A stretch of 51,351 nt of DNA from an uncultured bacterium (GTDB taxonomy: Bacteria > Electryoneota > Electryoneia > Electryoneales > Electryoneaceae). Shown in pieces: positions 14,588 through 22,542 of this stretch. The notes under the pieces are model-generated. The model did not search any database, was not told the origin of the DNA, and was given only the letters and a program-made list of their open reading frames with translations. The stretch lies in the NCBI GenBank assembly GCA_964404605.1, contig CAYOKT010000002.1:30241-81591 (forward strand). The letters run 5' to 3'. Made by a program: the position numbers and the translations under genes. Each line of letters begins with the position of its first letter. Within the stretch, counting starts at the first letter, position 1.

Positions 14588-16010
14588 CGTTCCTCTCCAG
14601 GGCTTCACGAAACTTGCGATACATGTCGCCGAAAGAGCCGTTGGACAAGATAAGAACGATATCCCCCTCCCGCGCTTCACCGAGGACTCCCGCGACGATG
14701 GCATCCACCTCGTCCTCGACGTGCGCAGGAACACCCTTCCTCTCAAGGGTTGCGGCGACCTGTTCCCGCTGGAGGCGCTCGCTGGCGGGAATGCGTTCCG
14801 CGCGGTGGATGGGACCGATCCAGACCTCGTCCGCGCCGCCCAGCGCCCCGGCGAGTTCCTCCTGGAAGACCTTGCGGACCATCGTGTTCGAGCGCGGTTC
14901 GAGCAGCACTCGAAGCCGCCCGTTCCAGCGCCGCCTCGCCGCCGCGATGGTCTCGCGGACGGCTGTCGGGTGGTGAGCGAAGTCATCGATGAAGGTCAGC
15001 CCCCGCGCCCGGAGGAAGACCTCCATCCGCCGCCGCACGCCGCGGTACTCCGGCAGCGCCCGCCGGAGGGAGTCCGGCTCCGCGCCGAGGTGAGCCGCGA
15101 CCACAACCGCCGCCAACGTGTTCCGCAGGTTATGTTCCCCGGCGAGGGGCACCGCGAGCCCGGCCCAGCGCCTGCCGTGACGATAGACGACGAACTCCTG
15201 GCGCTCCCCGGATTCGCCCGTCGCCTCCCCGCGCCAGTCCGCGCCCTCCCCCAGCCCGTAGGTGACCACTTCGCAGAAGGCGTGCCCGGCGAGGGCGGCC
15301 GCGCCGGGGTCATCGGCGCAGAGAACCAACCGGCCGTCAGCCGGGATCTGCCGCAGCATGAGGCGGAAGGCGCGCTCGATCTCGCCCACGTCCCGGTAGA
15401 TGTCCGCGTGGTCGAACTCGAGCGAGGTCACCACCGCGATCTCCGGCAGGTAGTGGAAGAACTTCGCCCGCTTGTCGAAAAAGGCGGTGTCGTACTCGTC
15501 CCCCTCGATGACGAAGGGCTCCCCTTCGCCGCCGAGGCGGGAGGAGTGGGGGAAGTCCAGCGGCCGCCCGCCGATGAGGAACCCCCCGCCGAGGCCGCAA
15601 CGGTCCAGCAGAAAGGCAAGCAGCGAAGTGGTCGTCGTCTTCCCGTGGGTGCCGCAGACGGCAACCGGGCGACGGCGGCGGAGAACCACCTCTTTCAGCC
15701 ACTCCGGCAGGCTGATATACGTCAGGCGGCGGGAAAGCATCGCCTCGACTTCCGGGTTGCCGCGGCTGAGGGCGTTGCCGACCACCACCAGGTCCGGGTT
15801 CCAGTCCAGGTTCGCGGGGTCGTAGCCCTCGGCGACCGGCACGCTGAGCTCGCGCACCATCTCCGACGTCGGCGGGTAGAGAGGGTTGTCGCTGCCGCGC
15901 ACCTCCCAGCCGGCATCGAGGGCGAGCCGCGCCCCGGCGACCATCGCCGTGCCGCCGATGCCGATGAAGTGGACGCGGGGAGCACGGTCGGGTGGAACTG
16001 GGAAAATCAC
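14580..16010 (-). CDS. mpl: UDP-N-acetylmuramate:L-alanyl-gamma-D-glutamyl-meso-DAP ligase (murein peptide ligase)
   Basis: 476-aa Mur-ligase ORF. The N-terminus HFIGIGGTAMVAGARLALDAGWEVRGSDNPLYPPTSEM...PDLVVVGNALSRGNPEVEAML follows the Mpl pattern rather than MurC. The P-loop is GTHGKTTT. Confidence 0.85.
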   Translation of the reverse strand: MIFPVPPDRAPRVHFIGIGGTAMVAGARLALDAGWEVRGSDNPLYPPTSEMVRELSVPVAEGYDPANLDWNPDLVVVGNALSRGNPEVEAMLSRRLTYISLPEWLKEVVLRRRRPVAVCGTHGKTTTTSLLAFLLDRCGLGGGFLIGGRPLDFPHSSRLGGEGEPFVIEGDEYDTAFFDKRAKFFHYLPEIAVVTSLEFDHADIYRDVGEIERAFRLMLRQIPADGRLVLCADDPGAAALAGHAFCEVVTYGLGEGADWRGEATGESGERQEFVVYRHGRRWAGLAVPLAGEHNLRNTLAAVVVAAHLGAEPDSLRRALPEYRGVRRRMEVFLRARGLTFIDDFAHHPTAVRETIAAARRRWNGRLRVLLEPRSNTMVRKVFQEELAGALGGADEVWIGPIHRAERIPASERLQREQVAATLERKGVPAHVEDEVDAIVAGVLGEAREGDIVLILSNGSFGDMYRKFREALERNDG

Positions 16011-16024
16011 TCGCCCTCCGGTTG

Positions 16025-19000
16025 TCAGGGGGTTCGCAGGTCCGGTGCCAGGGTCACGGTGAAGGTGATTCTACGCAGGTAATCCGCCGCCGTCCAACGG
16101 GCGGGAGCGCTTCCTTCTCCCCCGCCCGAGCCGTCCTCGACCCGATACCAGGGCGCCAGACGGAGGGAGAAGCCCGCGCCGTACAGCTCCTCGAGGCGCA
16201 GTTCGCCCCCGGCCTCGAGTAATCTGCCGGTCGTGGAACCTCCGGCCCCTTCGGGGTGGAACACCGCCCCGCCGTGGTAGAGGCCGATTCGCACCTTCTC
16301 GAGGAGGCGGTTCGCCGGCAGGAAACCGGAGCGGAGAAAGCCCGCCGGCAACGGCCGCAGCAACGCTATGCGCCACGCCGCGAACCGATCCGCCGCTCCG
16401 GCGTTGGGGACGGTCAGGGTCGCGGGACCGCCGGGCAGCGGTGAGGCCGGGCTCCGACCCGCACCCGTCCAGCTCCCCCCGAAGAGGGGCTCGCCGCGCA
16501 GCTCATGCGGCCAGTTCCCCGCCGGGGTGGGCCGGAACTGAGCCGGTGTCTCCGGGTTCATGTATGTTGCGCGCCCCTCGAGCACGAGGCGAAGGGAGCG
16601 GTACAGGCGCCTGCCGGTGATCCCGGTCCACTGGGCGGCGAAGAACCCCTCGCTCCCCCCTCCCTGCACCAGTTGCACCTCCTGGGTCCAGGGGAGACGC
16701 GCATTGGCGTCCTGCAGGCGGAAGCCCGCCCGGACATAGGCGGCGCTTCCGCCCGCGGGGACGGTGACCGGACCCGCCGTGCCCCCCGGGTCGCCGGTAC
16801 GTTCCCAGGTGCCGACGCGGAGGGCCGCCCGCAGGTTCCGCAGCCTGGGCCACCAGGTCCGCCATGCCCTCTGCAGGCCCGCCTCCGCCCAACGGTCGCC
16901 GTGCATCCGTCCGAGGGAGAGCACGCCCTCGACCGGCCGCACCCCTCGCCCCAGGGGGTGGGCGAAACCGAAACGGAATCGTGGCCCTTCCTGCCCGCCG
17001 CGAGTGGGGGTGAGCAGGTCCAGCCGGAAACGCTCCTCCCGGTCCAGGAACGACCCGCGCAGCCTCAGGCCGGGCTGTACTCCATCGCGGACATCGTACC
17101 CGGCCGCCGGGGCGAGGGAGACCCGGTACCGGTCCACGGGTGGCGGGCGAAGCGGAGTCAGGCCGTCATCGAACACCACCTCGGGCCACCCTCGCGGCAG
17201 AGTGTTGTCCAGCGGGTTCCGGTCCCAGTACCTCCCCTCCGGGTCCAGCAGGACCCCCTCCGGGCGGCAGGCGCAACGCACCGTGAAGCTCCCCTCCCAC
17301 CTCCTGCCGGGCCTGTGCGGCTGATCCCAGCTTCCCCACCGCCGGAAGCCGGGCAGCGCGGGATCGGTGGGCAGAAACGGGATCTCGCCGAACAGCGTGT
17401 CCCCGGACTCGCACACGACCGCCAGCCGCAGCGGCAGCCTCACCTCGCCGCGCCGCTCGAGCCCGAGTGTGACCCGCCACGCCCCGTCCCCCGCCGGAGC
17501 GACGTCGAAACGCCGCACTCCATAGTCGATGTCGCCGCTCTGCCGCCAGAACTGCTCGAAGAACCACCCGAGGGGACGCCCCGCGGCCTCCTCGAAGGAA
17601 GCCTGCACATCGCGTTCGTCCACGTGGGTCAGCGCATGACGGCGGTAATAGACCCGGAACCCCCGCCAGAACGCCTCCTCGCCGATCACACTCCGCAGGG
17701 CGTTGAGCAGCGCCGGGGTCTTGTAATAGGTCGAGACGCGGTAGAGGGGGTAGTCCTCGGCGATATCCGCCCCGCGCAGCATGGGCAGGTCCTCGCCCGA
17801 AAGCACCGCCTCCAGGTAGGGACGGCGGCCCCGGATGACGCTGTCGCTCAGCCACACGGTGCGGGTGAACAGCCCGCGCCGGAGCACGCGCTCCCGGTTT
17901 TCCCCCCTGCCCCACCAGCGCTTCACCAGCTCCTGCTCGATGAAGGTGGTGAAGCCCTCGTCCAGCGCCCCGGCATCGACCGAGTTGGAGTGGAGGATCA
18001 TCGGGGTATAGTTGTGCGTCACCTCGTGGATCATCACGTGGGTGTACGTCGGCTCCGACCCGCTCATCATCGTGAGCATCGGGTATTCCATCCCGCTCCA
18101 GGAATCGGTGGCGACCACCCTCGGCCAGGGATAAGGCCCGTAGATCGATTCGAGCTGCCGGATGGTCCACCCGGCCAGCTCCGCGGCGTTTCCCCAAGCC
18201 TTTTGCCGCCCGCGGCGGACGAACGCCCACGCCTCGTAGTTCCCGTAATCCTGCCGGTCGATGAGGAAACGGGGATCGGCGGCGAAGGCCACATCGGGCA
18301 CGTTTTCGGCGCGATACACCCACCTCACCGGGCGCTCGCCTTCCTCCCCCGACGGGATCGGGTCGGGATTCGGATTGTCCAGGGCCAGTCCGCGCAGCCG
18401 TTCCGGCGGGAGCACCTCGTCCTGGTTGACCAGCAGGCCGGTCGAGGCGACGATGAAGCGCGCGGGAACGGTGTAGCGCACTTCGAAGGTGCCGAACTCG
18501 CCGTAGGCCTCCGCCGTGCCGAAGTAGCGATTCACCGTCCAGCCGTAACGCGGGGTGTACGGACAGATGGAGGGATACCAGTACGCTCCCCGGTACTGGC
18601 CGTCGATGCAGGCGATGCGGGACCGCGCCGCGCCTGTCGGGAAACGGGTGGTGAAGGCGAGGGTGAAGCGGGTGCTGTCTCCCGGGGCGAGGGGCGGGGA
18701 GAGCAACGCCCGCCCGATGCTCCCCTCCTGGATAAAACGCACCTCGCGGTCCACTCCCCGGGCCGAATCCACGCGAAGGTCGCCCCACTGCTCCTCCGGG
18801 ACACTCTCGTAGCGGTCACGGCGGCCCCGCTGCCAGGAACGCGAGACCACGCTGCCCTTCCGCAGGGCGGCCGGGGGAAGGCGGAACCAGAGCGCGGAAA
18901 GGGTGTCGGGCGAATTGTTGTGGTAGGTGATTGTCGCGGTGCCGGCGAGGCTGCGGAGGCTGTCCAGGAGGGTGACATCGATGAGATAATCCACACGCTG

Positions 19001-19120
19001 CTGCCAGCGTTCAGCCGCGACCGGGCGGGTGATTGTCAGGGTCAGGCAGAGAACGAGGAGGAGTGCCGGCAAGGGTTTTCGCAGGATACAGTCAACGTTC
19101 AACGGAGATCGATTCATCAT
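16025..19120 (-). CDS. secreted M1-family (gluzincin) metallopeptidase with a ~470-aa C-terminal extension
   Basis: 1031-aa ORF with an N-terminal signal peptide (LPALLLVLCLTLTITRPVAA), GMEYPMLTMM (a GAMEN-like exopeptidase motif) and HEVTH-x18-E zinc site. The C-terminal half is rich in G/R/W/aromatic alternation. Confidence 0.8.
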   Translation of the reverse strand: MMNRSPLNVDCILRKPLPALLLVLCLTLTITRPVAAERWQQRVDYLIDVTLLDSLRSLAGTATITYHNNSPDTLSALWFRLPPAALRKGSVVSRSWQRGRRDRYESVPEEQWGDLRVDSARGVDREVRFIQEGSIGRALLSPPLAPGDSTRFTLAFTTRFPTGAARSRIACIDGQYRGAYWYPSICPYTPRYGWTVNRYFGTAEAYGEFGTFEVRYTVPARFIVASTGLLVNQDEVLPPERLRGLALDNPNPDPIPSGEEGERPVRWVYRAENVPDVAFAADPRFLIDRQDYGNYEAWAFVRRGRQKAWGNAAELAGWTIRQLESIYGPYPWPRVVATDSWSGMEYPMLTMMSGSEPTYTHVMIHEVTHNYTPMILHSNSVDAGALDEGFTTFIEQELVKRWWGRGENRERVLRRGLFTRTVWLSDSVIRGRRPYLEAVLSGEDLPMLRGADIAEDYPLYRVSTYYKTPALLNALRSVIGEEAFWRGFRVYYRRHALTHVDERDVQASFEEAAGRPLGWFFEQFWRQSGDIDYGVRRFDVAPAGDGAWRVTLGLERRGEVRLPLRLAVVCESGDTLFGEIPFLPTDPALPGFRRWGSWDQPHRPGRRWEGSFTVRCACRPEGVLLDPEGRYWDRNPLDNTLPRGWPEVVFDDGLTPLRPPPVDRYRVSLAPAAGYDVRDGVQPGLRLRGSFLDREERFRLDLLTPTRGGQEGPRFRFGFAHPLGRGVRPVEGVLSLGRMHGDRWAEAGLQRAWRTWWPRLRNLRAALRVGTWERTGDPGGTAGPVTVPAGGSAAYVRAGFRLQDANARLPWTQEVQLVQGGGSEGFFAAQWTGITGRRLYRSLRLVLEGRATYMNPETPAQFRPTPAGNWPHELRGEPLFGGSWTGAGRSPASPLPGGPATLTVPNAGAADRFAAWRIALLRPLPAGFLRSGFLPANRLLEKVRIGLYHGGAVFHPEGAGGSTTGRLLEAGGELRLEELYGAGFSLRLAPWYRVEDGSGGGEGSAPARWTAADYLRRITFTVTLAPDLRTP

Positions 19121-20013
19121 GCCTGGCGATAGTGTTCCGAGAACATGTCTCCCTGCCGCAATTCACTGGACCGCTTAACGGTTGTCAGGTAATACTGGTC
19201 GGAGAGCTCGATCATGCAATAGGCGCGCTCCATCTCGATGGCGGCGTGCATCGTCGAGCCGGAGCCGGAGAAGGGATCGAGAACAAGCTCGCCCGGCCGG
19301 GTGCTCTTTCCGATCAGGTATTTCAGCAGCGAAACCGGCTTTTCGGTGGAATGGGTCAGCTTCCGGCTGGGTAGACGGGAGTGGCCGAGGATCACGTTCG
19401 AGTCGCGCTTGCCGAACAGCTCCCGCCGCCCCTTGTGAGCGTAGATGATCCACTCATCCTGGGGGGCGTAATCGCCCTTCAGGTCCCCGCTGCCATGATT
19501 GTTCTTCACCCAGATCAGGGTGCGCTTCAGCTTGAAGCCGGCCCGCTTGAAGGCCTCGATGAAGACCGGGTAGGTGTCGTGCCGGCAGAAGCAGTACAGG
19601 TGGCGGTTCCGCTTCAGCACGCGGTATGCCTCGACGGCGAAGCGGTCGATCCAATCACCCTGGTGGTCGTTGGCGAGGTGCTTGAATTTCTCCTGCTTCA
19701 CCCGGCGGTTGGAGCGGTAGTTGATCGCGTAAGGGGGGTCGGTGAGGATCAGGTCCACGGTACCCTCGGGCATCCTCCGGAGGGTATCCATGTTGTTGCC
19801 GTAATGGATGGTGTTGTGCCACGGGCCGGTGTACCGTGTTGCCGGATGCCACTTCCGCAGTTCGAGTTCCGGGACGAGTTCCGGCGGGACCTCGGCCTCG
19901 GCGCCGCCCTGCCCCGACTCGACACGGGCACGCTTTCCGTTCCCGTTCTCCGGTTCCGGCTCGAAACCGGGCAGGAAAGGCTCCTCGATCTCTCTAGTCG
20001 TCTTTCTGCGCAT
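19117..20013 (-). CDS. site-specific DNA methyltransferase (beta-class N6A/N4C family), orphan
   Basis: 298-aa ORF. Motif IV (LILTDPPYAINY) comes before motif I (VLDPFSGSGSTMHAAIEM), and HSTEKPVSLLKYLI is present. This is the N6_N4_Mtase (ParB-less, CcrM-like) architecture. Confidence 0.85.
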   Translation of the reverse strand: MRRKTTREIEEPFLPGFEPEPENGNGKRARVESGQGGAEAEVPPELVPELELRKWHPATRYTGPWHNTIHYGNNMDTLRRMPEGTVDLILTDPPYAINYRSNRRVKQEKFKHLANDHQGDWIDRFAVEAYRVLKRNRHLYCFCRHDTYPVFIEAFKRAGFKLKRTLIWVKNNHGSGDLKGDYAPQDEWIIYAHKGRRELFGKRDSNVILGHSRLPSRKLTHSTEKPVSLLKYLIGKSTRPGELVLDPFSGSGSTMHAAIEMERAYCMIELSDQYYLTTVKRSSELRQGDMFSEHYRQA

Positions 20014-20941
20014 CCGGGCTGCCGTTCTCTACTGTTTCCCCGTGCCTGCGGAGCAGGTCCGCAACCTCTTCGGCGCCGGCCAGCTTCCCCCGGCCGCCGA
20101 GCGCCCTCACCGCGAGCGAGGCGGCCGCGGAGGCCCAGCGCACCGTGGCTTCGTGCGGCCAACCGTTCAGGAGACCGTGCAGCAGGCCGGCATGAAAGAT
20201 GTCCCCCGCGCCGGTGGTGTCCACGACCTCCGCCGGGTAGGCGGGCATCCAGAGGACCTCGTCCCCCCAGGCCGCCACGCATCCGCCCGCGCCGTTCGTG
20301 ACGACAGCAAATTCCGCGCCACGGCCGCGCAGATCGCGGGCGACATCGAACAGATCCCGCGAACCGTAGTAGGTGCGTGCGAATGCGACCGGCACCGCGA
20401 TCACGTCCGCGACGGCGAGCTGCTCATCCGTGCGGGGGCGAATGTTGCCTGCATCGAGAACAACCAGCCCCCCCGCGGCTCGCACGGCCCGGGCCGCCGC
20501 CAGCGCGGCGTCCGCCTCCCAGCCGTCGATCAGCAGCGCGCGGCACCGTTCCAGTTCGGCCAAAGGTAGGTCGGCGGGAGAGAGCGGCGCAATGTCCCGG
20601 TCCAGCACCACCGTTCGCCGCCCGCTTCCCTGTTCCACCCACAAGTATGCGCGCGGGGTCCGACGCCCGGGGAGGCGGCGGACATCGGCGACATCCACCC
20701 CGAGGGAAGCGTTATCCTCGACGACACGCTCTCCCTCCGCGTCGTCCCCGATATGGGCGACCAGTTTCGTCCGCCGGCCCCAGACGGCGAGCTGGGCGAG
20801 GGCGTTCGGGACCGGGCTTCCCGCACCCTCGAAACGGTCCACCGCCTCGGTCTTTTCATCCGCCTCGGGGTACTTCGGGAGGAGGACGGCGCGGTCATAC
20901 ACCGCCCGTCCCACACCGATGACATCCCACCGCCGCTTCAT
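19994..20941 (-). CDS. PfkB-family carbohydrate kinase
   Basis: 315-aa ORF with N-terminal VIGVGRAVYD, GGxxxN-like GSPVPNA, and the C-terminal signature DTTGAGDIFHAGLL. Confidence 0.8.
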   Translation of the reverse strand: MKRRWDVIGVGRAVYDRAVLLPKYPEADEKTEAVDRFEGAGSPVPNALAQLAVWGRRTKLVAHIGDDAEGERVVEDNASLGVDVADVRRLPGRRTPRAYLWVEQGSGRRTVVLDRDIAPLSPADLPLAELERCRALLIDGWEADAALAAARAVRAAGGLVVLDAGNIRPRTDEQLAVADVIAVPVAFARTYYGSRDLFDVARDLRGRGAEFAVVTNGAGGCVAAWGDEVLWMPAYPAEVVDTTGAGDIFHAGLLHGLLNGWPHEATVRWASAAASLAVRALGGRGKLAGAEEVADLLRRHGETVENGSPDAQKDD

Positions 20942-22542
20942 GGCTGCGCCCCCGTGGGAATCTCGCCCGGCTCGAACTGGGCGATGTAGTACTCCTGGAT
21001 GACCCCGGCGGCCACCAGGGAGTCGGCGAACGCCCTCGCCTGCGCGGTGGCGGAGAACCGGCCCACCCGGATGCGGTACCAGCGCGGGCTCGGTTCGCCG
21101 GAGGCGACATAGTAGGCATCCACCCCCCGCGACCGCAGCAGGGAGAGGTGGCGGATCGCGGCGTCACGGTCGCGGTGCGCGGCCACCTGGACCGTGTACG
21201 GCTCCTGAGAACGCACCGCTCCCGGCGGCGAGAGCCCCGGGGACGGAGCGGCCTCCCTGGAGGGGGCGAACCCGCGGAGGGCGAGGACCACGAGGATGAC
21301 GGCGGCCAGCCCGCCCGCGACATATAGCAGGGGGCGCGCTCCGACTCGGGGCAGGGTTCGCCGCGCAGCCGGCCGCTCCCGTTTCCGTCCTGCGGACCGC
21401 ATAGCGGCGAAGAGGTCGCGCAGCCGGCCGGGCAGCGCCCACCGCTCCCGTCGAAGCGAGGAGATCGGCACCGCGGTATAGGTTCTTCTCCGCGCCTTCT
21501 CCCCGGGTAGAGTCACCCCCTCGTCCGCCGCCGCCGCTGGAACGGGCTCGCCCGCCTCTTCCCCGCCCGCAGCCCCGGTTTCCGTCTCGACGGGCGTTTC
21601 CGCCAGCGTGCTGCGCCAGCCTCCGGGAGGGCGCTCGATGACACGTCCCGGGACGGCCGGCGCCGCCTCGAGTCCCCCGGCGAGCGAGACCAGGTGTTCG
21701 GCCAGGTCGAGGTTCTCCCCCCGCCGGCGGAGCGCCTCCGCCACCGCGCGCATCTCCTCGCGCAGCCTCAGCGGCCGCAATCCCGCGGCATGGGCGTCCG
21801 CATAGACCATCCCCGCCGTCTCGTCCCGCCGCTGCCGCTCGAGGAAACGGCGGACCAGCCGCTGGAGAATCTCCCGGTCTGGCGTCTCCTCCCGCCGGTA
21901 GGCTTCGACCCACGCCCGCTCGACGGCGGCGGCCTCCTCCGCTCTCAACTCCTCGTCATCAAATCGAAGCGACTCGTGCGCCACCCAGAGCGCCAGGGGA
22001 TCTCCCTCGACGTTGGCGGGCAACAATTCGAGGGCGAGGCGGAGTGCATCGAGGGGCAACCCCTCCCCCGCGAGGAGCAGCGCGCGAACCGCGTCCACCA
22101 TCTCGCGCTCGCCGCGCAGGTGCGGCCACGCGAGCCGGAGCAGCGGCCAGACCCACTCCTCCCGCCACCCCGCGTGGAGAGCCGTGCGCGCCCAGGCCGC
22201 CAGGTATTCACTCAGCCGTTCGGAGGCCCGGCGGGGAGGATGCAGCGGGCCGGTCAACTCACGCAGCCCGCGGAGAAACTCGGCTTCGCGGGCGAACTCG
22301 GGGACGCGGCGAACCCCCTCCGCTTCGGGGAGCCAGCGGCGCTCGAAGCGCCGCCTCGCAACCGCGCCGGGCAGGGAAATCCCCGCGAGAACGCCGAGAG
22401 TCAACGGGGCAAGGAGGACGAAACGCACGACAAAGACCGACCTCGAGCCTGCTTCCGGCAGCAGGAACGCGACGATCAGCACCAGCAGCGCCCCGCCGAT
22501 CCCCCCGAGGCCGAGGCGCAGCGCAAACGATCCCGTTTTCAT
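20938..22542 (-). CDS. SPOR-domain membrane protein
   Basis: 534-aa protein from ATG 22542, in ATGA overlap with the PBP stop. It has two N-terminal TM helices, a ~330-aa Arg/Glu/Leu-rich helical region, a third TM, and a C-terminal SPOR fold (YTVQVAAHRDRDAAIRHLSLLRSRGVDAYYV...YRIRVGRFSATAQARAFADSL). Confidence 0.75.
   Translation of the reverse strand: MKTGSFALRLGLGGIGGALLVLIVAFLLPEAGSRSVFVVRFVLLAPLTLGVLAGISLPGAVARRRFERRWLPEAEGVRRVPEFAREAEFLRGLRELTGPLHPPRRASERLSEYLAAWARTALHAGWREEWVWPLLRLAWPHLRGEREMVDAVRALLLAGEGLPLDALRLALELLPANVEGDPLALWVAHESLRFDDEELRAEEAAAVERAWVEAYRREETPDREILQRLVRRFLERQRRDETAGMVYADAHAAGLRPLRLREEMRAVAEALRRRGENLDLAEHLVSLAGGLEAAPAVPGRVIERPPGGWRSTLAETPVETETGAAGGEEAGEPVPAAAADEGVTLPGEKARRRTYTAVPISSLRRERWALPGRLRDLFAAMRSAGRKRERPAARRTLPRVGARPLLYVAGGLAAVILVVLALRGFAPSREAAPSPGLSPPGAVRSQEPYTVQVAAHRDRDAAIRHLSLLRSRGVDAYYVASGEPSPRWYRIRVGRFSATAQARAFADSLVAAGVIQEYYIAQFEPGEIPTGAQP

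Noticed and set aside
14588-14986. N-terminal 133 aa of the tracked 292-aa ORF 14108-14986. Similar long N-terminal extensions occur on ORFs 20938-22854, 26416-27930, 27540-29201, 28472-29452, 30682-31911, 32698-33729, 33459-34394, 43855-44883 and 45376-46608.
   Set aside because: These extensions lie inside the upstream genes in another frame and are Arg/Pro/Gly-rich. In each case an internal ATG or GTG gives a canonical family N-terminus or signal peptide, often with a 4-nt overlap to the upstream stop. I trimmed the starts accordingly.
16025-20013. Methyltransferase plus a large adjacent protein as a restriction-modification or other defense system.
   Set aside because: The large neighbour has a signal peptide and a complete M1 zinc-peptidase signature. 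I saw no nuclease, helicase or ATPase motifs in it. No other defense-type gene lies nearby.
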